This document shows positions 56,655 to 64,000 of a stretch of DNA of 64,000 nucleotides, one piece after another. The notes beneath the pieces are model-generated. The model was not told the DNA's origin. It was given only the letters and a program-made list of their open reading frames with translations, and did not search any database. Within the stretch, counting starts at the first letter, position 1. Every line of letters begins with the position of its first letter. The DNA comes from a virus. The DNA is taken from IMG/VR virus record IMGVR_UViG_3300025699_000004; one strand, written 5' to 3'. Made by a program: the position numbers and the translations under genes.

Positions 56655-57709
56655 TTCGTAATTGTTTTAACTATCTCAGCACACATCGTAGGAGGAAAGC
56701 ACTCCCCCAATACTTTTCTAATAAAGCCTTCTGAATATTTATTTTTAAATTTATTTAAAAATTCAGGTGGCAAACCGCATAAAATAGATAATTCCTCAAC
56801 CGACATAACTCTAGCATCAGAATAAGTTCCGTCTATTAGTTTTTTGCCTGGATGAACATTATTTTGACTAGATATAGCTCCATTGCACATTGTGACAGTA
56901 GGAGAAGGTTTATCCCAATCTATTCTTTTATATGTAGTCATAAACCCTTTTATTCTTCTGCCATCTTTTTTGGGGTAATGAATTTTATTATTAAATGCAG
57001 TTTGACCTGTCGGAGTGTTTTTCATCCAAATTATATGGTTAGAATTATGTTTTTTTGCATAATGCCAAGGTAAGTTGGATTTTCTTTTAGATTCTAAAGA
57101 AGGTAGGTGCCCTATAGCATCTCTAACTGTAATCAATTCTTGTTGAGGCTCAGGATGCTTCCATTTTCCATTTCTAGATATTAAACCTATAAACCTTTTT
57201 CTAGATTGAGGGGTGTTATAATCTTGAGCATTCAAAACCTTATGATTTAATTTGAAATCAGAAGGTAATCTTGATTTAATATAATGAATCATATTTATAA
57301 TTTTTCCGTCAATATTTAAATATGTTTCAGACATAGCTGGAACATTTTCAATCAACATGTAATCTGGAGAAAGATGATTAAATACATCTAAAGCATGAGA
57401 TATTAATGAATTTCTAGGGTCTTTGGGGTGCCTTTTCGCATTAGCGACACTCATCCCTTGGCATGGAGGTGTGGCTATAATTAAATTTATGCCTTTATCG
57501 TCTATACCGCTCGAACAAAGATTGTAAATGCTTTGTTTGGTAGAATCTTCGGTTATATCTCCACAAACCACTTCGGCTTCGGGATGAAGGTCTTTATACA
57601 TCAAACATCTATCGTTATGTAGCTCATTTGCCACACAGACATCAATGCCAATATTCTTTAAGTAAACATCGCCAAAACCTACATTTGAAAATAAAGAAAG
57701 AGCTTTCAT
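56651..57709 (-). CDS. dcm: C5-cytosine DNA methyltransferase
   Basis: Motifs I (SLFSNVG), IV (PPCQGMS), VI (ENV), VIII (QSRKR), X (GECFPP). Confidence 0.9.
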   Translation of the reverse strand: MKALSLFSNVGFGDVYLKNIGIDVCVANELHNDRCLMYKDLHPEAEVVCGDITEDSTKQSIYNLCSSGIDDKGINLIIATPPCQGMSVANAKRHPKDPRNSLISHALDVFNHLSPDYMLIENVPAMSETYLNIDGKIINMIHYIKSRLPSDFKLNHKVLNAQDYNTPQSRKRFIGLISRNGKWKHPEPQQELITVRDAIGHLPSLESKRKSNLPWHYAKKHNSNHIIWMKNTPTGQTAFNNKIHYPKKDGRRIKGFMTTYKRIDWDKPSPTVTMCNGAISSQNNVHPGKKLIDGTYSDARVMSVEELSILCGLPPEFLNKFKNKYSEGFIRKVLGECFPPTMCAEIVKTITK

Positions 57710-57717
57710 TAGCTCTT

Positions 57718-57746
57718 ATTATAGCAAAATAAGAATTACATGTCAA
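57718..57746 (-). promoter_or_regulatory. Consensus sigma70 promoter of MTase, -35 embedded in HNH gene end
   Basis: TTGACA-17-TATAAT-8-ATG. Confidence 0.8.
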
Positions 57747-58323
57747 GACTATTTATCGTCTTAATGTATTTTTTCCATTTCAAAACTTGCTCGCATAACT
57801 CGTGAAATTCTTTTATGCTTAAATCATTCTTTGCATAGTTAGCTGATCGAGTACAGATCCCTAAGTTGGACAAGTCATTAGTCCCCCCTTTTGAGGTTGG
57901 GATGATATGATCAAATTGGTATGTTTCAGGCTCATTTAAGTTTATAGGAGTTCCCGTTAAATAGCAAACAGGATTATCTCCGAATTTTTCCAAAACATCT
58001 TTTACGGTGAAGTTTTCAGAAATATTATTTACATAAGCATGAGTTCTTCTGTCTCTTTTTCTTTTTTTAAAAGTCTTTATTTTTCCTCTAAATGTGTTTC
58101 TCGTAATTCTACTTTTGAAAGCACTAACTTTTCTACTCAATTTATGCCCGTTAGTTTTGTTTCTTTTTTTTACTCTTTCTTTTTCTGTCTTGTTTTCTCC
58201 ACAATGATAAGATATCGTTGACTTACTACATCCTAACTCCTCTTGTATTTCGGAGTAAGTTTTACCTTGGCTCCGTAATTTTAATATATCTTCTTTTCTC
58301 TTTGTGTTATTTTTTTTTCGCAC
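57736..58323 (-). CDS. HNH endonuclease with N-terminal HTH
   Basis: CYLTG...DHIIP.SKGG.N...NL.IC...AN.AK. Confidence 0.85.
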   Translation of the reverse strand: MRKKNNTKRKEDILKLRSQGKTYSEIQEELGCSKSTISYHCGENKTEKERVKKRNKTNGHKLSRKVSAFKSRITRNTFRGKIKTFKKRKRDRRTHAYVNNISENFTVKDVLEKFGDNPVCYLTGTPINLNEPETYQFDHIIPTSKGGTNDLSNLGICTRSANYAKNDLSIKEFHELCEQVLKWKKYIKTINSLDM

Positions 58324-58807
58324 AATTATTTATAATGTCATAAGCCGATTCCTTACTTAACCATTTCTTCGCCACAACCTTTTTGCCTTCCAAGTCTTTA
58401 TAGTGAGCAAAAAAGTTTTTATAAATTTTCAAAAGAGTTTCTGGGGCATCTTTTAAGCTAGAGAAAAGACCTATATGATTAAGGGGTATTGCTAATATTT
58501 TGTAATCTTTTTCCCCTTCGTCTTCCATATCCAAAACTCCGAGAACTTTAGATTCCACCACAGTCCCTCTTTCTATCGGGTTTTGGTTATATAATATTAC
58601 ATCTAAAGCGTCTCCATCTTCAGCTAATGTGTTGGGGATAAACCCGTAATTTGCTGGGTAAACCATTGCCGTGTTTAAACTGCGATCATATTCAAAGTAG
58701 CCCTTTGTGTTGTACTCGTACTTTTGAGCGCACCCTTTGGGTATCTCAACAACAGAATTGATTATCATCGGGGATTTTTTATGAATGGGTAATCTATACA
58801 AGTTCAC
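58307..58807 (-). CDS. ppa: Family I inorganic pyrophosphatase
   Basis: VVEIPKG..KYE, YP.NYGFIP.TL.EDGDALDV, DEGEKD.KI, FF.HYK.LE; GTGTAT-N9-GTG upstream. Confidence 0.92.
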   Translation of the reverse strand: MNLYRLPIHKKSPMIINSVVEIPKGCAQKYEYNTKGYFEYDRSLNTAMVYPANYGFIPNTLAEDGDALDVILYNQNPIERGTVVESKVLGVLDMEDEGEKDYKILAIPLNHIGLFSSLKDAPETLLKIYKNFFAHYKDLEGKKVVAKKWLSKESAYDIINNCAKKK

Positions 58808-58838
58808 TTATATAGTATACACTTTAGAAGCTTTTTTT

Positions 58839-59219
58839 CTACCTATTTTCTACAGACATAATATCCCAGAGTAAATGAGAAAACAATTCTTCGTCAGATA
58901 TGTTAATACTATTATCTATTTCAATAAGACAGAGGTTGTCAAGAGAGCTGAAATTCAATGTGTAATAATTTTTACTGATAGTTTCGTATATATAAATATC
59001 AATAACATTAGAATCTATACGTCTAACTTTTATGAGTTTACCTTCGATTTCTTTTGAATTGTTTTCTTTTTTAAAATTAGAGTGAAGTTGACGAAAATAA
59101 AGATCCAATTTAATTATTGAGTCTTTGTCGTATTGACGATTTCCTTTTATGTAGTTTTTATAAATGCAATTGAAAACTTTTTTGTAATCAGTCGATTGAG
59201 CTAAAATCTTAATGTTCAT
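58839..59219 (-). CDS. Hypothetical protein
   Basis: ORF track. Confidence 0.6.
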   Translation of the reverse strand: MNIKILAQSTDYKKVFNCIYKNYIKGNRQYDKDSIIKLDLYFRQLHSNFKKENNSKEIEGKLIKVRRIDSNVIDIYIYETISKNYYTLNFSSLDNLCLIEIDNSINISDEELFSHLLWDIMSVENR

Positions 59220-59221
59220 TG

Positions 59222-59698
59222 TTAAATTTTCGAACCTATCACGTTAGGCTTTACCCCTTTTTTGAATTTACCATCTGAAGATCTAGGGGTGTCAAACTTC
59301 CCAGACTCATCCTTTTTTGTCATTTGTAATTTTAAATTTTTGTTCCAAGGCGAGAATCCTTTTTTGAAAGTCCCATTTTTATTTCTTTTAGAATAATTTT
59401 TGATTCCGAATTCATCATTAACTTTGAATTTAAAAAGCTTTCCTTTGTGGTTTGGGTAAGAAAGTTTTAATAAAATATCCCATTCTTTATCTGAGAATCT
59501 TTTGCCCTTGTAATTACTTTTATACAATTCATAAATTCTTATATTTTTTAATTCGTAAATAGGGAATTCCTTATTTATTTTTATCAACAGGGTCTCTTTT
59601 GCTCTGTTTTTTTCGTTGGATTTTATTAAAGTTTTGTATTTTTCCCAACGAAATACCTTTAATTTAAAATAGATTATAAAAATTGAATCGCTTTCCAT
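59222..59698 (-). CDS. Divergent domain X protein with C-terminal R...G.F repeats
   Basis: KYKTLIKS...A...EW..L...YPN....LFK; RNKNGTFKKGFSPWNK, DESGKF, RSSDGKFKKG. Confidence 0.55.
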   Translation of the reverse strand: MESDSIFIIYFKLKVFRWEKYKTLIKSNEKNRAKETLLIKINKEFPIYELKNIRIYELYKSNYKGKRFSDKEWDILLKLSYPNHKGKLFKFKVNDEFGIKNYSKRNKNGTFKKGFSPWNKNLKLQMTKKDESGKFDTPRSSDGKFKKGVKPNVIGSKI

Positions 59699-59731
59699 AT
59701 ATAATATATACGAAGCCAATCTAATTAAAGC

Positions 59732-59762
59732 AAAAAAAAACCCTCTTTCGAGGGCTTTTTTT
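59732..59762. terminator. Bidirectional-looking intrinsic terminator
   Basis: A9-CCCTC-TTTC-GAGGG-C-T7. Confidence 0.8.
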
Positions 59763-59781
59763 GTGAGAAGTAAAATTTACT

Positions 59782-60039
59782 TTACTTCTTCGTAGAGCAT
59801 GATCCCGAACTAGAACCGCTACTAAGAAGGGCAACGATTAGAACTAGGGTTATTACTCCTGCTAGGCTAGCTCCTGGGCCGACAAACCCGTTTACTATGC
59901 CTTGTAGGTTTGAGATTACATCGATGGATGCATTTTCTCCAAACACTACTTGGGAGAGTACGAGCAATCCAATTACGGAAAGAAGTACGGCGCTAATGCC
60001 ACAAATGGCACATTTGATTTTACTTGTTATATCATTCAT
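59782..60039 (-). CDS. Small two-TM membrane protein
   Basis: Two Gly/Ala-rich hydrophobic helices. Confidence 0.75.
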   Translation of the reverse strand: MNDITSKIKCAICGISAVLLSVIGLLVLSQVVFGENASIDVISNLQGIVNGFVGPGASLAGVITLVLIVALLSSGSSSGSCSTKK

Positions 60040-60059
60040 TTTTTTTATTTGTTGATGAA

Positions 60060-60704
60060 TTAGAAGTTTACAGACAAAGAAAGACCTACTACAGACTCTC
60101 CATCAGAAATTAAATCTGAGTCAAAATAATCATACGACAATCCGAGCGTGGAATTTTCCGACACAGACTTGGAGGCAATAACTCCTAGTCCGTAATAATC
60201 TTCATTAATTGAAGATGTCACGTCCGTATTTCCATATAATGCATGAAAACAAAGATCCGCAATTTCATTATCCACTCCATGTTTTACAGATAATTCGAAT
60301 GTATACAAATCATCACTTGTATTCCTATATACAGTAAGTGTTGGAGAAAGAACAGAACTCAACCCTAACGATACTCTCGCATCTAAATTAGAATCTCCAG
60401 CCACTTCTTCAAAGTGCTCCAATCCAATGTACACATTAAGTAGATCAGATAACTGCTTAGATGCTCCAGCTTCCATTAGGTAAGAGTCAGACCCCCCTGC
60501 TGTTGGTTGGTTCGTTGAGACTCCTGCGGAAGCTCTCAAGCCAGCCAAATCCGAACCTACAGATAGAGACGACTGAACTGACTCCGAAGAAATTACAGCC
60601 CCCCTTCTGAAATAATCAGATGCATACCCTACAGATAAAGAACCTGCAATGGCGACGTTAGAAATTAGACACAAAAGTGCCGTAATATATGTTTTTGTTT
60701 TCAT
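60060..60704 (-). CDS. Outer-membrane beta-barrel (TorF/Gcw_chp-like)
   Basis: Signal peptide, SDYFRRG motif, alternating strands, C-terminal Phe (SLSVNF). Confidence 0.7.
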   Translation of the reverse strand: MKTKTYITALLCLISNVAIAGSLSVGYASDYFRRGAVISSESVQSSLSVGSDLAGLRASAGVSTNQPTAGGSDSYLMEAGASKQLSDLLNVYIGLEHFEEVAGDSNLDARVSLGLSSVLSPTLTVYRNTSDDLYTFELSVKHGVDNEIADLCFHALYGNTDVTSSINEDYYGLGVIASKSVSENSTLGLSYDYFDSDLISDGESVVGLSLSVNF

Positions 60705-60728
60705 AGTTTACTTATTTATGTAAAAAAA

Positions 60729-60950
60729 TTAATCGTCAAAGAATCCTTCTTCTGGCTCAAATTCTATGTCCTCGCCTAATAATTCAATAACTTTGTCATC
60801 TATAATACTTTTAATTTTTGAAAATTCAAGTTTTTTTTCCTCAAGTGCTCCAATTAAAGTAAAAGTATTAATGTCAAACTCTTCTAAGTACCTTTCGCAA
60901 AGGTCATCTAAGTCAAATCTAAATGCATCAGTTTGTTCGTTAAAATCCAT
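60729..60950 (-). CDS. Acidic hypothetical protein
   Basis: ORF track. Confidence 0.7.
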   Translation of the reverse strand: MDFNEQTDAFRFDLDDLCERYLEEFDINTFTLIGALEEKKLEFSKIKSIIDDKVIELLGEDIEFEPEEGFFDD

Positions 60951-60975
60951 ATGATATAAATTATGTTACAATAAT

Positions 60976-61488
60976 TTAGTTTTTTTTCCAAATAGTTTTT
61001 CTTTTTATTTTTTTAATGTCAGAAGTTTTTATTAAGGCTATCTCTTCTTGATCTCTCCTTTGATATATTCTATATTTTGCTTCTGCACATGTTTTTACAA
61101 ACTCTTTTTTTCTATCTATCGCTTTTTCGCACAAGTTTTTTAAAGATATCCTGTCAACGATCAAGAAGTAATCTTTCTTTTCAAATGCTATGTAATCACA
61201 ATCGCCATAAAGCCATCCATGAAAGCCGTCTGCTGTTTTAAACTCAACCCAAGTCCATGTATCTGAATACGATTTATCGTAAGCACATATTTTTTTTCTA
61301 GCTTTTACATCTACGCCTTTTACAGAATCTTCTTTTTTTAGAAAATAATCTATTCTATTTTTTTTATTTTGATCTACAGTAGAACTTTTTATTTTAAAAC
61401 CATTCTGGACAGCTAGAGCAACAAAAATTCTTTCAGCTTTATTGCCTATTTCTGCCGCGTTTCTTTTGTCGTATTTATTTTTATACAT
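60976..61488 (-). CDS. PD-(D/E)XK-type nuclease-like protein
   Basis: G..AE helix, IDYFL, VDVKARK, W.EF. Confidence 0.6.
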   Translation of the reverse strand: MYKNKYDKRNAAEIGNKAERIFVALAVQNGFKIKSSTVDQNKKNRIDYFLKKEDSVKGVDVKARKKICAYDKSYSDTWTWVEFKTADGFHGWLYGDCDYIAFEKKDYFLIVDRISLKNLCEKAIDRKKEFVKTCAEAKYRIYQRRDQEEIALIKTSDIKKIKRKTIWKKN

Positions 61489-61497
61489 AGAGTTCTA

Positions 61498-62442
61498 TTA
61501 ATTAATTGACTTTATTAATTTTCTGCCTTTAGGGGTTATTTTCCTTTTTACGTCTATCTCCATTAGATTTTGCTTTAATAAATATTTTTCATGGTCACTT
61601 CTTAGAGAAGTCGAGCTTAACCCTGTTTTAGCCGCCAACATCGATAATGTGCATTCACCTTTCTCTTGTAATACTTCTAAGATTTGTTTTTCGGTACATG
61701 TGATACCATAAGGTAATACACCCAAAGTGTCACAAAAACTCAAATAATCCTTCTTTGTGAAATTATTCAAATTCTCGGAATCAGCAAAGAGATTGATGTC
61801 TTTTGCTTTCATGACCGCATTTCTTGCATTCCCCCTAACAACGTCACTGAGGTCTTTCAAAACATTTTTATCGACTTTACATTCTAGAGAATTGGATAGG
61901 ATGTCGCCTAATTCAACATTATTATAAGACTCGAAATCAACAGAGGTTAATCGATCTTTTAGCGGTGGAAAAAGTTTATCACTTTCCGTTGTGGCAAACA
62001 TGAAAGTTTGTTTCTTGAAATTGAAAGGAAATCGAGTTTCTTTCCAAGTAACTTCTCTAACATGAGAAGAGCTCGTGTCCAATATAGTGAGAAGAGCCAT
62101 AGTTAAATCTCTAGGCAACTCATGAGCTTCATCAAATAATATAGTGATCTCATTATCTAATATCAAAGGAATGAAAATTTGATCAAAAAAGTGATCGTTG
62201 TTTTTTATTGTAGAGCAATTTAACTCCAAAACAGGTCTGCGGCTTCCATCTTGATTCCTTAAATTGGCGGCGAATGAATTAGCGAATGCTGTTTTCCCCA
62301 AACCTTTCGCTCCAAAAAATCCCAAAAACGGACAAATGCTAGTTTTGTTAAAAGCTTTTAAATAAAAATTAAGTTTCTTCTTTACGTTTTTTTGCCCTAC
62401 TAAATGATCAAATGCATTTTTCTTCATAATTTTACTCCTCAT
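61498..62442 (-). CDS. ruvB: RuvB-like AAA+ branch-migration ATPase
   Basis: FD.LVGQ..VK..L, G.KGLGKT, LFDEAH.L, ATT...L..PL.DR, G.AR.A, LG....G.T..E, E.YL.K. Confidence 0.8.
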   Translation of the reverse strand: MRSKIMKKNAFDHLVGQKNVKKKLNFYLKAFNKTSICPFLGFFGAKGLGKTAFANSFAANLRNQDGSRRPVLELNCSTIKNNDHFFDQIFIPLILDNEITILFDEAHELPRDLTMALLTILDTSSSHVREVTWKETRFPFNFKKQTFMFATTESDKLFPPLKDRLTSVDFESYNNVELGDILSNSLECKVDKNVLKDLSDVVRGNARNAVMKAKDINLFADSENLNNFTKKDYLSFCDTLGVLPYGITCTEKQILEVLQEKGECTLSMLAAKTGLSSTSLRSDHEKYLLKQNLMEIDVKRKITPKGRKLIKSIN

Positions 62443-62698
62443 CGAATTTTGTTAATTTATATTGAATCGAATTAGCTTCAGAATCTTCTGTTTTGCTTAA
62501 TTCAATTGACGTGTCGTTAGTGTGAATGCCTAAACTTTCCAACCAAACCCTGCTGACAGGAATGGGCGTTTTTTCCCCTATATAATCTTTAAGATCTAAG
62601 AAGGGAACCTTCACAAAGGAAGTTGCTCCTTTTTTTCTTCCGCTTCCCGATTTTCTAGAGGAACCATCTTTGTTTAATGTTCTATTTTTCTTACTCAT
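62432..62698 (-). CDS. Small basic hypothetical protein
   Basis: TTGACA-17-GATAAT-6-ATG; GSGRKKG. Confidence 0.75.
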   Translation of the reverse strand: MSKKNRTLNKDGSSRKSGSGRKKGATSFVKVPFLDLKDYIGEKTPIPVSRVWLESLGIHTNDTSIELSKTEDSEANSIQYKLTKFDEE

Positions 62699-62758
62699 GG
62701 ATACATTATCTCATAGAAGTTAAGTTTTGTCAAGTTTTTTTAAATTTTTTAAAAAAAA

Positions 62759-63997
62759 TTACAAATGAATAGTGATGCCGTCCACAGCTCCGTTAAGGTT
62801 ATCTGTTCCGCTGGACAAATAAACATTTTGAGACTTTCCATTATACAAACTTACAGTGTGTAAAATAAATTCCTCAAGAGTTCCTTCGAAGTCAAAAGAG
62901 ATTCTGTATGGGTAACCGCTTTCTCTATCCTTTATTAAGTCTTTTATTCTTCCCTGTCTAACTTCTGCACCTAGACTAGTTCCTTCCCAAACTTCAAAGA
63001 TCAAAATCCATTTAATATTCCACATAATATAGTTCCACCTAGTCGCCCATGACTGAGGGTCAGAATTTTCATAATATGGTTTTGCTACATTATCTTTATA
63101 CCATGAAAATTCCTTCATCTGATGTCTTACTTGTTGGCTTGACTTCTGTTCTTTGCTTTTTGCATGAGCATAGTAAGATAATTTCTTGAAAGGACCTGTT
63201 CTAGAATCAGATAAAAACTTTAAATGCTGTGGGGTTAAGTGAAACCAAAACGGTTGACCAAATTCCTCGAAGCAGTATCCAGAATATTCATCTACAATAT
63301 AGGAGTCTAATGTTTTAAATCCTTTTTCTTTGGCTTTTTTGCTCATTTTAGCCCAAAACATATCCCAATCATCAAAAAACCTCTCAATGAGATAATTCTT
63401 TTTTGAATTTAGAAGCTTTGGGTCATCAGGCCCATTAAACGAAACAAAACCTTTTGATTCAAACATTGTTTTTGAAGAGTAAACTTCCCACGGATCTCTA
63501 CAAACTATACCAGCCCACTGCCCTTCAGTAGCTTTCAACCCTTTTATTTTATGATTTGAAGTTATTTTTCTCCATTTCTCGTCGTTAGTTAGACCCGTTT
63601 CAGCAAAGACCTTCTCTCTAGACTTAAATTCCACCCAAAGAGGTCTTTCTTTCAAGCAAACCGATAGATTTATCGGCCAGCCTGTTGGCCAGCTATAACG
63701 ACCTCCGACTAAATCTTGTAAAAAAATATGAGCACTTTTATTATGAATGCTAACTTTGATTTTTTTGGTTTTAAGATAAGCGACTACCGCTCTTTGGTGA
63801 TCGTATCTTGTTATAACCTTTTTGGGATCTATCCCTATGGATTTAAAGTTAGGGTTTCGGGAGTAACCAGAGACCTTAACGTTTTCAAGTTCTGTGCCTT
63901 TAACCCAATTTACTATGAGCTCCCCCCCCATTGAGGGGAGAGCCATGGTAAAAAGTAGAATTATATTAAGTGATAAAGCTGTCGGGTAATTCGTCAT
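62759..63997 (-). CDS. Putative secreted protein (start at window edge)
   Basis: Signal-peptide-like N-terminus; no family recognised. Confidence 0.65.
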   Translation of the reverse strand: MTNYPTALSLNIILLFTMALPSMGGELIVNWVKGTELENVKVSGYSRNPNFKSIGIDPKKVITRYDHQRAVVAYLKTKKIKVSIHNKSAHIFLQDLVGGRYSWPTGWPINLSVCLKERPLWVEFKSREKVFAETGLTNDEKWRKITSNHKIKGLKATEGQWAGIVCRDPWEVYSSKTMFESKGFVSFNGPDDPKLLNSKKNYLIERFFDDWDMFWAKMSKKAKEKGFKTLDSYIVDEYSGYCFEEFGQPFWFHLTPQHLKFLSDSRTGPFKKLSYYAHAKSKEQKSSQQVRHQMKEFSWYKDNVAKPYYENSDPQSWATRWNYIMWNIKWILIFEVWEGTSLGAEVRQGRIKDLIKDRESGYPYRISFDFEGTLEEFILHTVSLYNGKSQNVYLSSGTDNLNGAVDGITIHL

Positions 63998-64000
63998 GAT

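Noticed and set aside
31-63934. Most short antisense or nested track ORFs (e.g. 31-228, 323-619, 1280-1594, 5438-5641, 12334-12678, 25806-26000, 36430-36708, 41934-42452, 63728-63934)
   Set aside because: They lie opposite or inside well-supported genes or the ncRNA, show shadow-frame composition and lack promoters.
1-64000. Stop-codon reassignment (code 15 or 4)
   Set aside because: Recognisable genes are full length in code 11, tile densely and end in TAA, TAG and TGA.
1-64000. Cellular chromosome or integrated prophage boundary
   Set aside because: No rRNA, ribosomal protein, integrase or att-like duplication seen; content and promoter layout fit a large phage. Structural genes are absent, so virus identity remains an inference.

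Overview
AT-rich, densely coding segment that reads as part of a large (jumbo-like) dsDNA bacteriophage genome. Evidence: rIIA/rIIB, UvsE, macro domain, SprT, GP88, DUF932 x2, HNH, C5 MTase, PPase, RuvB-like ATPase, three tRNAs, and no ribosomal or core cell genes. A PVC-superphylum host is a weak inference from an ECF sigma and a TorF/Gcw_chp-like beta-barrel. Three zones. (1) 1-12854 is a glycan/sulfation island: five sulfotransferase-type genes, GT92-like and GT47/exostosin-like glycosyltransferases, a cytidylyltransferase, a HAD phosphatase, an APS kinase fused to an HxGH nucleotidyltransferase, a membrane subtilase, two tRNAs and a repeat-rich putative homing nuclease. (2) ~13200-51500 is a minus-strand early/accessory region of small ORFans. 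Here and elsewhere in the window, 22 genes have a sigma70 -35 hexamer exactly 30-35 nt before the start codon (leaderless architecture). The zone also holds a GATC-rich 27-bp array and a standalone ~310-nt structured ncRNA candidate. (3) 51500-64000 holds a three-sigma-factor module interleaved with a repeated unknown domain, plus nucleic-acid and membrane genes. A second leaderless promoter motif (GTGTAW-N8-10-start) heads the sulfation operon, the GT47 operon and ppa. All family calls come from motif recognition by eye; no searches were run.
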